Below are positions 1-11,959 of a stretch of 64,000 nucleotides of DNA, piece by piece. Below the pieces are notes generated by a model. The model searched no databases. It was not told the origin of the DNA and saw only the letters and a list, made by a program, of their open reading frames with translations. Numbering within the stretch: position 1 is the first letter of the stretch; each line of letters begins with the position of its first letter. Position numbers and translations under genes: made by a program. Source of the stretch: Chiloscyllium plagiosum (lineage: Eukaryota); NCBI RefSeq assembly GCF_004010195.1, contig NW_025215376.1, forward strand, positions 1-64,000. Reading direction: 5' to 3'.

Positions 1-235
1 TAACCATCTGGATATCCAACAGAACACAGCGGTGGGTCAAGGCCAGCACACAGTGTGGTTGGAGCAAAGGGAAATCTGGCTTTTAGTCAAGAATCCTCTC
101 TCCCTTCCGCAGGCTATCCGGAGAAGGGAGTGGAGAGATTCCAGGAAGGACACTTGGAACCGGGATGTGGAGCTGACACTGTTTCCCAGCCGCTTGCCTC
201 CTCCTCTCTCGCTCAGCCTTTTGAGGACAGCCCGT

Positions 236-259
236 CTCTCTCTCTCTCTCTCTCTCTCT
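236..259. repeat. (CT)n microsatellite
   Basis: Run of CT dinucleotides. Confidence 0.9.
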
Positions 260-699
260 ACCTCACCGATCCCTATCCCCTCGACCGGAAACAGGTGGAA
301 CAAGGAGCTCCAGGCAAGAGGAGGGTGGCACAGTCGAAGGGGAATTCCCATTGAGAGAGCCCAGACCTTGGATCGGAAATTCCAGCTCCTCTCCATCCAA
401 CCTCGAGAACTCCTTCGTCCACAGGTTTGGTTATTCTGTGGCTTGCACCTCAACGACGGCCTGACAGTTGGCGATCCCTATTCGTCCTTCTCACTGAACA
501 TACGCCCACCAAAGCCCACTCTCAAACCCGCTGAAGGAACCCCCTTTCTTGGGCGGTCACTGCCCGCTTTGCGAAAGGAGCTGGACCCCAATTTTGGCTG
601 GAGTCCCCTTATCTTCTCCGGTCCCGCTTCACCGATTTGACCGTCCATCGTGACGGGGTTAGAGGCGGATTCCGGACCCCGGGCGAGGAGGAGTGACTC

Positions 700-734
700 C
701 TGACCGCGCTGTGTTCTGTTCCTGACCCCCTCAG
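700..734 (+). promoter_or_regulatory. Probable 3' splice site ahead of the PGAP4 coding exon
   Basis: CTGAC branch-like motifs, a pyrimidine tract and CAG ending at 734, about 70 nt before the ATG. This fits a separate 5' UTR exon upstream. Confidence 0.5.
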
Positions 735-805
735 TTTCCGTCTGAGTGGCTGCAGTTCTGCTTCTGTGCCGCAAGGGGGCGATGTCGGGGCACTGGGTCT
801 AGGTG

Positions 806-2002
806 ATGAAGTGCGCCAAGCGGAGCGGGGGAGGGGCAGGCTTCCCCTGGCGCCTCTCGCCCCGCCTGAGGCGGCCCTGGGTGCACGCCCTGCTGCTCTA
901 CGTCCTCACGTTTGGGGTCGTGCTGCCCCTCCTGTGCCAGAGCCTCCGGCAGTCTTGCTACTTCAGGCAGGCGGCGCACCTCCGGCGCCTAACACAGGAG
1001 GCGCTGGAGCGCAGCGAGGCGCGGGGCGAGGAGGCGGAGCGCTACGTCCGGACGGCAACACCGCCGGGGGACCTCGGGGAGGCCCGCGGGTCCCCCCTGG
1101 TGGTAGCGGTGGTCACCACGACCCGGCAGCAGGGCGCCAGCTACCACTACTACCTCCAGGTGGTGGCGGCCTTGCACCGACTGTTGGGGGCTTGCCAGGA
1201 CTGCCGGGGCTACCGTCTCCTCGCCTGCAACGTGGACCCGGACCCTGAGGGCCACCGGGAGGCGCTGGAAGCCGCTCACCTCATCACCACGGTCCATCGG
1301 TTCGGGCAAGGGCGCGGGCCAGCATGGGGCGCCGACAACCGCTTCGAGAAGGAGAAGGAGGACTACCTGTACTGCCTGCAGGAGGCGCTGTCGACCTACG
1401 ACCCCCAGCACGTGGTACTGCTGGAGGACGACGCCGTGCCAAAGGAGGACTTCTTCCCGGTCCTGCGAGACCTCCTGGAGAGGCGGCTCACCTCACCCAC
1501 CACTCGGGGCGCCCTCTACGTCAAGCTCTACCACCCCGAGAGGCTGCAGGGCTACCTCAACCCTGAGCCCATGCGCATCCTGGAGTGGCTGGGCCTGGGC
1601 GCCCTGGGTGGCACCTCGCTCGGCATCGTCTACCGGAAGCTCTGCGGACGGGCCTCGGTGACGCTGAGCTGGGCCGTGCTGGCCGTCTACACCATGCTGG
1701 TCGTCGAGCTGGCCGGGCGGCACTACCTGCTGGAGTCACGGCGCCTCAGCCCTCAGCTCTACTCCCTGGTGCCCGCCACCGAGTGCTGCACGCCCGCCAT
1801 GCTGTTCTCAGCTCCGGCCGCCCGCCGGGTGTTGGCGTACCTGGGCGGCGTGCGGTGCCGGCCGGGCTACGCCAAGGACACGGCGCTCTACGCCCTGCTG
1901 CGGGCGAACGGCGAGACTGCATACGCCCTGGAGCCCAACCTGGTCACGCACATCGGGCTCTACTCCACCCTCCGGGGGCCCATCGCTGAGCCCAGTCTCT
2001 GA
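806..2002 (+). CDS. PGAP4: Post-GPI attachment to proteins GalNAc transferase 4 (TMEM246), whole ORF in one exon, 398 aa from ATG 806
   Basis: Long uninterrupted ORF with strong GC3 bias. It has an N-terminal TM helix and the motifs NRFEKEKEDY, VLLEDDA (DxD-like), YVKLYHPERLQGY, PEPMRILEW, ECCTPAMLF, AKDTALY and EPNLVTHIGLYSTL, which I recognise from vertebrate PGAP4. Confidence 0.93.
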   Translation: MKCAKRSGGGAGFPWRLSPRLRRPWVHALLLYVLTFGVVLPLLCQSLRQSCYFRQAAHLRRLTQEALERSEARGEEAERYVRTATPPGDLGEARGSPLVVAVVTTTRQQGASYHYYLQVVAALHRLLGACQDCRGYRLLACNVDPDPEGHREALEAAHLITTVHRFGQGRGPAWGADNRFEKEKEDYLYCLQEALSTYDPQHVVLLEDDAVPKEDFFPVLRDLLERRLTSPTTRGALYVKLYHPERLQGYLNPEPMRILEWLGLGALGGTSLGIVYRKLCGRASVTLSWAVLAVYTMLVVELAGRHYLLESRRLSPQLYSLVPATECCTPAMLFSAPAARRVLAYLGGVRCRPGYAKDTALYALLRANGETAYALEPNLVTHIGLYSTLRGPIAEPSL

Positions 2003-2050
2003 AGTGCCCCCCCCTTCAGCTTTCTGCCCCCAAACCCCCCCCCCCTCACA

Positions 2051-2306
2051 CTTTACTCTGTATCTAACCCCGTGCTGTCCCTGTACTGGGAGTGTTTGAT
2101 GGGGGGACAGTGTAGAGGGAGCTTTACTCTGTATCTAACCCCGTGCTGTCCCTGTACTTGGGAGTGTTTGATGGGGGACAGTGTAGAGGGAGCTTTACTC
2201 TGTATCTAACCCCCTGGCTGTCCTGTCCCTGGGAGTGTTTGATGGGGGGACAGTGTAGAGGGAGCTTTACTCTGTATCTAACCCCGTGCTGTCCCTGTCC
2301 TGGGAG
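2051..2306 (+). repeat. 71-72 bp minisatellite, ~3.6 copies, in the presumptive PGAP4 3' UTR
   Basis: The unit CTTTACTCTGTATCTAACCCCGTGCTGTCCCTGT...GGGAGTGTTTGATGGGGGACAGTGTAGAGGGAG starts at 2051, 2122, 2193 and 2265. Confidence 0.95.
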
Positions 2307-2747
2307 CACTTGGTTTGGGGGCTGGGGGTTGGTGCGCAAGTGAGGGCAAGTGTAGAGAGGTCTTTACTCTGTGTCTAATCCAACCCCAAAACAATCAGGG
2401 AAAAATTGAGTTCGAGGAACCTTCGCAAATGGAAAATCTGTGTGTGATATTTCCCACTTTAAAAATCATGAAGCAAATTCCGGTTAAATGCAGGCTTTTA
2501 TATGGAGTGAGATTTGAAAGTTTAAATCTTTTATGCAATTGTGGATTTTTTTTTTGTTGCAAGAAGCCAGATGATCCACTCGGTATGAATTTGGTGAATT
2601 GTGGAGAACTGAGCAGTGGCTTGGATTTAATTCTTGTCCTCCAATAATGTTTTCAATTGTGTAAACTGTGTGTAATATTTTCAGTGTTTGGAGCATTTCA
2701 TGGCATTTGCCTTAATTATTTAAAAGATTTTGCAGCAAGCCTTGGAT

Positions 2748-2753
2748 AATAAA
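2748..2753 (+). terminator. Candidate PGAP4 polyadenylation signal
   Basis: AATAAA after an AT-rich UTR-like stretch ~750 nt downstream of the stop codon. Confidence 0.5.
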
Positions 2754-3149
2754 GTGAACAATGCTGAAATGACTGTCGCCTCTTGCCCTTCACCACCTCG
2801 GTCTATTAAGCTTGTCCCGAGTGGAGGACTGAATGTAACCTGGAGGAGGAACCAGGAACATCAAAGAGCAGTCAGCCAACGGCAGGAGGTTCTGTTGGAA
2901 CGTGTACACACGGGAGTCACTGTGCCCTCTGCAGTACAGGAGGAGGAGTGGATTTCTTTTTTTTTCCCTTGTTGTCTTTGGTGAAACCAAGTTGTCCATC
3001 TCTCCATCACGTATACTGGTTTTCTATTCATCTCCTTCGAGCAGCTCGTGAAGTCAAACTTGTCGTTTTACAAAAGGAGAATGGTGCAAATTGCGATTGA
3101 AGGTTTGATTTGCGTTCCAGGACAAGCCTGTCTGGTCACTGATATCTCC

Positions 3150-5225
3150 CTCTAATCTTTAAACAAGAACTTGATTGAGTCTTTTGAAGAGGTGCCAACG
3201 AATACTGATGAACCCAGAGCGGTAGACATTGTCCACGTAGACTTCAGGAAAACATTCGTCAAGTTTCCACACGGTAGACTGGTTAGTAAGGTTAGATCAT
3301 ATGGGATCCGGGGGAAACGAGCCAGTTGGATACAAAATTGGGTTGAAGGTAAGAGACAGAGGATTGTGATGGATTGTTTTAAGGATTGGAGGTCTGTGAC
3401 CACTGGGGTGCCACAAAGATCAGTGCTGGGTCCACTGCTTTTTGTCATTTTATATAAAATGATTTGGATGTGAGTGCAGGAGGTTAGTAAATTTGCAGAT
3501 AACGCCAAAATAGGCGATGTAGTGGACAGTGAAGAAGATTATCTCCAGAGTACAACAGGACCCTGATCAGCTGGGCCGAGGAGTGTCAGATGGAGTTTAG
3601 TTTACCTAAGTGTGAGGTGTTGTGTTTTGGTAAGGCTAACCAGGACAGGACTGAAACGTTTAATGGGAACTGTTGCCAAACCAAGGGGTGCAGATGCGTA
3701 GTTCCCTGAAAGTGGATATTCAGGTAGGGAAGTGAAGGCGGCATTGGGAACACTTTCCCTCATTGGTCATAACATTGAGTAAAGAGGTTGGGATGTCATG
3801 TTGTGGCTGTATTGGACATTGGTGAGGCCCCCTTTTGGAATACTGTGTAGAATTTCGGCTGCCCCTCAATTGGAAGGAAGTTGTTCATTGTGAGAGGGTT
3901 CAGAAAAGATTTACAAAAATGTTTCCAGGACTGGAGGGTTTGAGCTATAGGCAGAGGCGCTGAGAATTTTTCTCTGGAGTAGGGTTCAGAAAAGATTTAC
4001 AAGGATGTTGCCAGGGTTGGAGGATTTGAGCTACAGGGAGAGGCTGAACAGGCTGGGGCTGTTTTCCCTGGAGGCTTACAGAGGTTTATAAAATCATGAG
4101 GGGCATGGATAGGATAAATACATAAAGTCTTTTCATTGGGGTGGGGGAGTCCAGCGCTAGGGGACATAGGTTTAGTGCGAGAGGGGTAAGATGGTGGGCG
4201 GCACGGTGGCACAGTGGTTAGCACTGCTGCCTCACTGCGCCTGAGACCCGGGTTCAATTCCCGCCTCAGGCGACTGACTGTGTGGAGTTTGCACGTTCTC
4301 CCCGNNNNNNNNNNNNNNNNTGCCAGAGGAAGTGGTGGAGGCTGGTACAATTGCAGCATTTAAAAGGCATCTGGATGGGTATATGAATAGGAAGGGTTTG
4401 GAGGGATATGGGCCGGGTGCTGGCAGGTGGGACTAGATTGGGTTGAGATATCTGGTCAGCATGGACGGGTTGGACCGAAGGGCCTGCTTCCGTGCTGTAT
4501 TTCTCTATGACTCTATTGGAGACCTTTATAGAGCTTTGTGAAATCATGGATAGGGTGAACAGCTAAAGTTTTTGTTCCTGGGGTGAGGGAGTCCAAAGCC
4601 AGAGGGGCATAGGTTTAAGGTGAGAGGGGAAAGATTTAAAAGAGACCTAAGGGGCAACTTTTTCATGTAGAGGATGATGTGTATGTGGAACGAGCTGCCA
4701 GAGGATATAGAACATTACAGCGCAGTACAGGCCCTTCGGCCCTCAATGTTGCACTGACCTGTGAAATTAATCTGCAGCCCATCTAACCTACCCTATTCCA
4801 TTCTTATCCATATGCCTATCTAATGACCATTTAAATGCCCTTAAAGCTGGCGAGTCTACTACTGTTGCAGACAGTGTGTTCCGCATCCCTACTACGCTGA
4901 GTAAAGAAACTGCCTCTGAAATTTGCGCTATATCTATCACCCCTCAATTTAAAGCTATGTCCCCTCGTGCTAGCCATCACCATCTGAGGAAAAAGGCTCT
5001 CCCTGTCCAACCTGTCTAAGCCTCTGATTATCTTGTTTGTCTCTACAAAATTGTGGAGGCTGCTACAATTATAACATTTAAAAATAATTTGGATGCATCT
5101 GTGAATAGGAAGGGTTTAGAGGGATATGGGCTAAGTGCTGGCCAATGGGGCTAGGTCAGGTTGGGATGCCTGGTTGGCACGGATGAGTTGGACCGAGGCA
5201 TCTGTTTCTGTGCTGTATGATTACT
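3150..5225 (+). mobile_element. Decayed CR1 LINE with nested inserts (younger CR1 ~3982-4515, SINE ~4195-4304, reverse CR1 tail ~4706-5045)
   Basis: RT motifs DFRKTF.KFPHGRL and [15 protein letters not shown]1 3' UTR and tail sequences occur more than once. Confidence 0.9.
4195..4304 (+). mobile_element. HE1-type tRNA-derived SINE, 5' part, cut by an N-gap
   Basis: Box A TGGCACAGTGG, box B GGTTCAATTCC, then the conserved core TGTGTGGAGTTTGCACGTTCTCCCCG. Confidence 0.85.
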
Positions 5226-5427
5226 ACGTGAGTTAGGAGCTGGGAAAAGCCCTTTGAGCGTGCCCCACTGTTCAATCTGATCATGGATGATATCACATTG
5301 GCATCAACTCACTTTCCTGCCCGCTCCCCATCATGGTTCACCTGTTAAAAACCTGTCTCGTCTCCTCAAATGTACTCAATATCCAGCATCCACTGCACTC
5401 CGAGGTCGTGAGTTCAACCGATTCATC

Positions 5428-5725
5428 CCTCACAGCGCCATGAACCCAGGTTCGATTCCCACCTCGGCGGACTGTCCGTGTGGAGTTTGCACATTCTCCC
5501 CGTGTCTGTGTGGGTTTCCTCCGGGCGCTCCGGTTTCCTCCCACAATCCAAACATGTGCAGGTTAGGTGAATTGGCCAGGCTAAATTGCCCATAGTGTTA
5601 GGTGCATTAGTCAGGGTAGGGGAATAGGTCTGGTTGGGTTACTCTTCGGAGGGTCAGTGTGGACTTGTTAGGCCGAAGGGCCTGTTTCCCTACTGTAGGG
5701 AATCTAACCTAAAAAGAAATCTAAT
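5428..5725 (+). mobile_element. HE1-type SINE
   Basis: Box B, core GGAGTTTGCACATTCTCCCCGTG, 3' GGCCGAAGGGCCTGTTTCC and AATCT tail. Confidence 0.9.
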
Positions 5726-5896
5726 CCAGTCCCTGTCCTGTGATTGTTTGGTTTGGGGGTGGGGTTTGGTGTCTAAGTGAGGGCAACTGTAGAGAGATCT
5801 TTACTCTGAGTCTAACCCAACGCTGAAACAATCAAGGAAAAATTGCCTCAGAGGAGCCTTCACAAACTGGAAATTGTGTGTGTGATTTCCGACTTT

Positions 5897-6208
5897 ATGG
5901 TGGCAGTGGTTAGCACTGCTGCCTCACCGCGCCAGGGACCGGGGTTCAATTCCCACCTCGGCGCAACTGTCTGTGTGGCGTTTGCACATTCTCCCCGTGT
6001 CTGCGCGGGTTTCCTCCGGGTGCTCCGGTTTCCTCCCACAATCCAAATATGTGCAGGTTAGGGTGGATTGGCCAGGCTAAATTGCCCGTAGTGTTCGGTG
6101 AAGGGATAAATGTAGGGGAATGGGTCTGGGTGGGTTGCTCTTCGGCGGGTCGGTGTGGACTTGTTGGGCCGAAGGGCCTGTTTCCACACTGTAAATAATC
6201 TAATCTAA
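5897..6208 (+). mobile_element. HE1-type SINE
   Basis: Same head, core and tail, ending in (AATCT)n. Confidence 0.9.
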
Positions 6209-6396
6209 TGTAATCGAGAAATCATTCCGGTTAAATGCAGGCTTTAATCAGGAGATTTGGGAGTAGGAATCCCTGATAGGGAGGATAGGGCTCCTTCCTA
6301 CTGGATGTAACAAGCTGAAAAGGGTGTGTTTGGGTATCTGGGCGTCGTCATACATGAGTCACAGCATTGAACACATCGCCACACTGAGAGTATTAT

Positions 6397-7170
6397 CATA
6401 GAGCCACACAGCATGGAAACCGGCCCTTTGGCCCGACATGTCTATGCCAGCCAACAAAGACCAAACTAATCCAATTAATCTGTACTAGTCCATAACCTAC
6501 TGTGCCCTGACAATTTAAGTGCTCATAAAAATGCTTCTTAAATGTTGCAAGAGACCCTACTTTCACCACCCTCTCCGTCAGCACGTTCCATATATCTACC
6601 CTCCTCTGGATGAAAAATATTGTTCTCAGATCTCCTCTGGGCTACTTGTTCCTCACCTTAAACATGTGCCTTCTGGGGCAGCACGGCTCAGTGGTTAGCA
6701 CTGCTGCCTCGCAGCACCAGGGACCCAGGTTCAATTCCAGCCCGGGGCAACCATCTGTGTGGAGTTTGCACATTTTCCCCGTGCCTGCGTGGGTTTGCTC
6801 CGGTTTCCTCGCACAATCTAAAGATGTGCAGGTTAAGCGGATTTGCCGTGCTAAATTGCCCGTAGTGTTAGGTGCATCAGTCAGAGGGAAATAAGGGAAT
6901 GGGTCTGGGTGGGTTACTCCTCGGAGGATAGGTGTGGACCTGTTGGGCCAATGGGCCTGTTTCCACACTCTTGTCGGAATTCTTAGTTGGTCTTGGACTT
7001 GTCTGTCACGGGGAAGAGACTTTCGCAATCTACTTGGTCTGTGCCTCTCGTGATTTTGTAAACCTCAACCAGATCCCCTCTCAGCCTCCTCAGATCCAAG
7101 GAAAACAAAATCCAGATAACTTGACCTCTCATAACTAAGACTCTTCATCCCAGGCAACATCCTGGTGAAT
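6397..7170 (-). mobile_element. CR1 3' fragment interrupted by a + strand HE1-type SINE (~6674-6970)
   Basis: The minus-strand ORFs RRFTRMLPG and ATFKKHF match the CR1 ORF2 C-terminus. SINE boxes lie inside. Confidence 0.8.
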
Positions 7171-7774
7171 CTCCTCTGTCCCCCCCCTCCAGTCAAATCA
7201 CAGTCTTCTGCTGATCTGCTAACCAGTAGGGGATTGCTCAGGGGACTGAAGGACAAAAAAAAAGTATATAACCTCTGCAATGAGTGGTTTTTCATGCAAC
7301 TATGCTCCTTCAATTCCTCTTCAATCCCTGCATTTCCAGCCAATGTGCTGGTTCTTAGTTTATAGGAGTGAGAATGTTAGCAATATATGAAGGTAAACTG
7401 TATGGTAGGGTAGGTGGGGGTTGAGAGGAGTGCGTGTATGGTTAGCTCTCCTTACGTGAGGAGAGATGAATACTTACAATGGAATCAACCCCAGACGAGG
7501 TGTATTTAGCTGATCCCTGGGAGAAGGAGGTTGTTATTTGAGCAAAGGTTAGGCCTGAGCTCATCTGAGAAGTGCCCTTATTTGAATGTATTGGATTCTG
7601 AGGGACCATGACAGTGCAGATGCTGAAATAAATGCTTCCTGTTGTAAGGGAATGACAAACTCAGGGAATATCTAAGACTGAGCTGAGGAGAAATTTTGTC
7701 TCTTCAGTCATTGGTTTATGTCCCACAGTGAGGATTTATAGGTCTCACTCAGCGTGAGTATTTAGGTTATGTAG

Positions 7775-7868
7775 TCGAGAGTGTGGTGCTGGAAAAGCAC
7801 AGCAGGTCAGGCAGCATCCGAGGAGCAGGAGAATAGATGTTTCCGGTGTAAGCCCTTTATCAGGAATC
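7775..7868 (-). mobile_element. Penelope-like terminal-repeat fragment
   Basis: GTGCTGGAAAAGCACAGCAGGTCAGGCAGCATCC, shared with the repeats attached to GIY-YIG-coding fragments at 38560 and 54023. Confidence 0.75.
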
Positions 7869-7889
7869 AGTTTTATGTGTGGGGACAGT

Positions 7890-8119
7890 TGTTGCAATAA
7901 CAGCACAGAGGTTAGTATCCCATCACCAAGTCAGCTTTTCATTTACCTGTGCACAGTACACTGGCTGTGGCCCAGCCAGCTCAGAGTCAGTCCCTGAACT
8001 GAGGGGATTCTAAATCCCCTATTAACATTGGTCAGCCAGGGCTTTCCGATTCACCCAGGTTAACAACCCCAATCCAGGATCTCAGAGCCAATGACATCCA
8101 CCTCGTTCCACTCGCAACC
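7890..8119 (-). mobile_element. ~230 bp solo-LTR-like element, copy 1
   Basis: TGTTGC...GCAACC inverted termini. A close copy lies at 15897-16123 and a diverged opposite-strand relative with AATAAA at ~32640-32845. Confidence 0.65.
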
Positions 8120-11100
8120 GTTACCATGGGTTTTTATGTTATATAGGCCTCACTCAGTATGGGGCAGTTACTATGGATATTTAGTTTATATAAGCCTCAC
8201 TCTGTATTGGATGGTTACTATGGGTGTTTAGTTTCTACAGGCCTCACTCAGTATGGAGAAGTTGCTATTGCATTTAGTTTATATAGATCTCACTCAGTTT
8301 GGGGTGGTTGCTATGGGTTTATAGGTTATATTGGTCTCACTCAGTATGGGGTGGTTGCTATGGGTTTGTAGGTTATATAGGGCTCACTCAGTGTCGGGTG
8401 GTTGATATGGGTTTGTAGGTTATATAAGCCTCTCACAGTCTGGGGTGTTTGCTATGGGTTTGTAGGTTATATAGGGCTCACTCAGTGTGGGATGGTGGCT
8501 ATGGGGGTTTGTAGGTTATATATGGCTCACTCAGTGTGGGATGGTTGCTATGGGTTTGTAGGTTATATAGGGCTCACTCAGTGTGGGGTGGTTGCTATGG
8601 GTTTGGAGGTTATATAGGCCTCACTCAGTATAGGATGGTTGCTATGGGTTTGGAGGTTATATAGGCCTCACTTAGTATGGGGTGGTTGCAATGGGTTTGT
8701 AGGTTACATAGGTTTGGAGGTTATATAGGCCTCACTCAGTATGGGGCAGTTACTATGGATATTTAGGTTATATAAGCCTCACTCTGTATTGGATGGTTAC
8801 TATGGGTGTTTAGTTTATACAGGCCTCACTCAGTATGGAGCAGTTGCTATTGTATTTAGTTTACATAGATCTCACTCAGTCTGGGGTGGTTGTTATGGGT
8901 TTGTAGGTTATATAGGGCTCACTCAGTGTGGGGTGGTTGCTATGGGTATTAAGGTTTTATAGGTCTTATTAATTACAGGACAGTTTCTATGGATATATCA
9001 GTTATATAAGCCTCACACAGTAGGGGATGATTGCTATGGGTGTTTAGGTTATATAGTCTTTCTTCACTTTGGGGCAGTTACTATGACTATTTGGGTTATA
9101 TAGGCCTCACTCAGTATGGGTGGTTGCTATGGATATTTAGGTTATATAGGCTTCACTCAGTATGGGGCAGTTGCAATGAGTATTTAGTTTATATAGGCCT
9201 CACTCAGTATGGGGTGATTGCTATGGGTATTTAGGTTTTATAGGTCATACTAATTATAGGGCAGTTTCTATGGGTATATCAGTTATATAGGCCTCACACA
9301 GTAGGGGATGATTGCTATGGGTGTTTAGGTTATATAGTCCTTCTTCACTGTGGGGTAGTTACTATGACTATTTGGGTTATATAGGCCTCACTCAGTATGG
9401 ATGGTTGCTATGGATATTTAGGTTATATAGGCCTCGCTCAGTATGGGGCGGTTGCTATGAATATTTAGTTTATATAGGCCTCACTCAGTATGGAGTGGCT
9501 GTGATGGGTAATGGAGGCTAGGTAATTTAGCCTATTCACGATAGAAGTCGACAAAGGAGTTGAGGGGAATTGAGATCAGCCATGAAGAGGGAGTTAGGCC
9601 ACAATCAGGTCAATGATGACCCTATTAACAAGTGAGCACATTTAAGGAGCCAAATCCTGTACCTGTTTCTTCGGATTTTACATTCTTAAGATTTGATGGA
9701 AGACAGATTGGTCCCAGGATCATGGAACAGGGCTGGGTTCAACAAAGTGCTGATTGCTGCTTGGATGGATGGGGCAAAGAGTTGAGTTGGATAGACCTTT
9801 ACATCCAAATCAACGGTTCATGTGTTCCTCTCTGGCCTGTACATAAGGCTTGTGGACAAGAACTAAAATCACTTTCTCAGTCAGAAAGGAAAAACTTTGA
9901 TGGCATCACCTTAAGGGGACATTATAGCACAAACCTGAGTTGTGTGTAGCATTATAATATATACTTAGAATTTATAGGCCTCACTTAATGTGGCATGGTT
10001 ACCATGGTTATTTAGGTTCTATTGGCCTCCCTCGGAATGGGGTGGTTGCTGTGGGTATTTAGGTTATATAGGCTTCACTAAGTATGTGGCAGTTGGTGTG
10101 GGTACTTAATTTATATAGGCCTCACTCAGTATGGGGCAGTAACTATGGGTATTTAGTTTAGTTCTCACTAATAATGGGGAGGTTTCTATGGGTATTTAGT
10201 TTATAAAGGCCTCACTCAGTATGGGGTGGCTGCTATAGGAATTTAGTTTATATAGGCCTCACTCACTATGGGGCATTTGCTATGGATCATTAGGTTATAT
10301 AGGCCTCACTCAGTATCGGGCAGTTACTAAGGGTGTTTCAGTTACAGAGACCTCACTCCGTGTAGAGCGGTTGCTGTGGGTTTTTAGGTTATATAGGCCT
10401 CACTCAGTATGGGGCAGTTACTAAGGGTATTTAGGTTATATAGGCCTCACTCAGGTTGGGCAGTTGCTATGTTATTTAGGTTATATAGGTCTCTCTCAGG
10501 ATGGGGCAGTTGTTATGGGTATTTAGGTTCTATAGGCCTCACTCAGGATGGAGCAGATGCTGTGGGTATTTAGATTATATAGGCCTCACTTAGTATGGGA
10601 CCGTTGTGATGGGTAGTGGAGGCTAGGTCATTGAGTCTTTTCAAGACTGAAGGAGATAAATCTGTGTTTGACAAAAGAATCGAGGGCAATTGAGATCAGC
10701 CACAAAGAAGGAGTTAGCCCATAATCAGGTCAGTGATGGCCTTATTAACAAGTAGAAAACCTTTGTGGAGCTAAATCCTGCACCTCTTTCCTATGATTTT
10801 ACAGTCTTAAGATCTGATGAAAGGCAGATTGGTTTCAGGACATGGGAACAAGTCTGGACTTGATAAAGTGCCTGATTGTGCTAGTTTCCACCAGCTGCAC
10901 TGCTGGATGGGGCAAAGACTTGACTTTGGTTAGACCTTTACATCTGAGCCAATGGATCACGTGTTTCCCTCTGGCCTGTACATATGGCCATTGGCAAGAA
11001 CTGAAATGCCTTTCTCAGTCAGACAAGATCAACTTGAATGGCATCACTCAAGGGGACATTATAGCACAAACCTCAGTTCATGTGATTGTAATGTTTAGCT

Positions 11101-11959
11101 AAATCATATCGGCCTCAGCCAATAGGAGCAGTTGCTGTGCGAATGTAGGGCTTCAGAATGGAGACAATTATCATGGTTTAGTTAAACTTTATAGGCCTCA
11201 CTCTGTATGGGGCAGTTGCTATAGTTAGTCGCGTTTTATAGGCCTCGGTGTGAGGCAGTTGTCATGGTTAGTTCAGCTTTATACACCTTGGTATGGAGAT
11301 GGTTGCCATGGGCAGGTAGGCTTTTTAGTTCTCATTCGGTTGGGGCATTAGCCATGAATAGTTAGGCTTTACAGGCCACAATCTTTGTGGAATAGTTGCA
11401 TGGGTAGTTAAGCTTTAGAGGCCTCAGTAGGGGGATAATTGTCACGATTAGTTAGGCTTTATAGGCCTCACTGTGTATGAGGATGTTGCCATGGGTAGTT
11501 AGGGTATAAAGGCCTCGCAGTATGGGGTTGTTGTCATAGGCCTCACTCTGTGTGGGCCAGTTGCTATGGTTAGTTACATTTTATAGGCCTCAGTATAGTG
11601 ACAATTGTCTTCGGTGTTTAGGTTATATAGGCCTCACAGGTTGTTGCTGTGGGTTATTAGCTTATATAGGTTTACACAATATGAGATGGTTGTTCTGGAT
11701 ATTTAGGTTATGTGGGCCTCACTCAGTATGGGGCGATTGGTATGTGTTTTTAGGTTATATAGTCCTCCCTCATTATGCAACAGTTACTATGGGTAGTTAC
11801 ACTTTATAGGCCTCAGTATGGGGACAATTGTCATGGTTAGTTCGGCTTTATAGGGATCACTCTGTGTGGGGCAATCACCATGGGTAGTTAGGCTTTACAA
11901 GCCACATTCTGTGTGGGGCGATTCCAATGTGCAGTTAGGCCTTCTAGGCCTCACTATAA

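Noticed and set aside
32..1989. ORFs upstream of or overlapping PGAP4
   Set aside because: Shadow ORFs of GC-rich DNA and a CT microsatellite, with no recognisable domains.
2730..2984. 84-aa ORF downstream of PGAP4
   Set aside because: Non-ATG start, no recognisable motif and no convincing splice pair.
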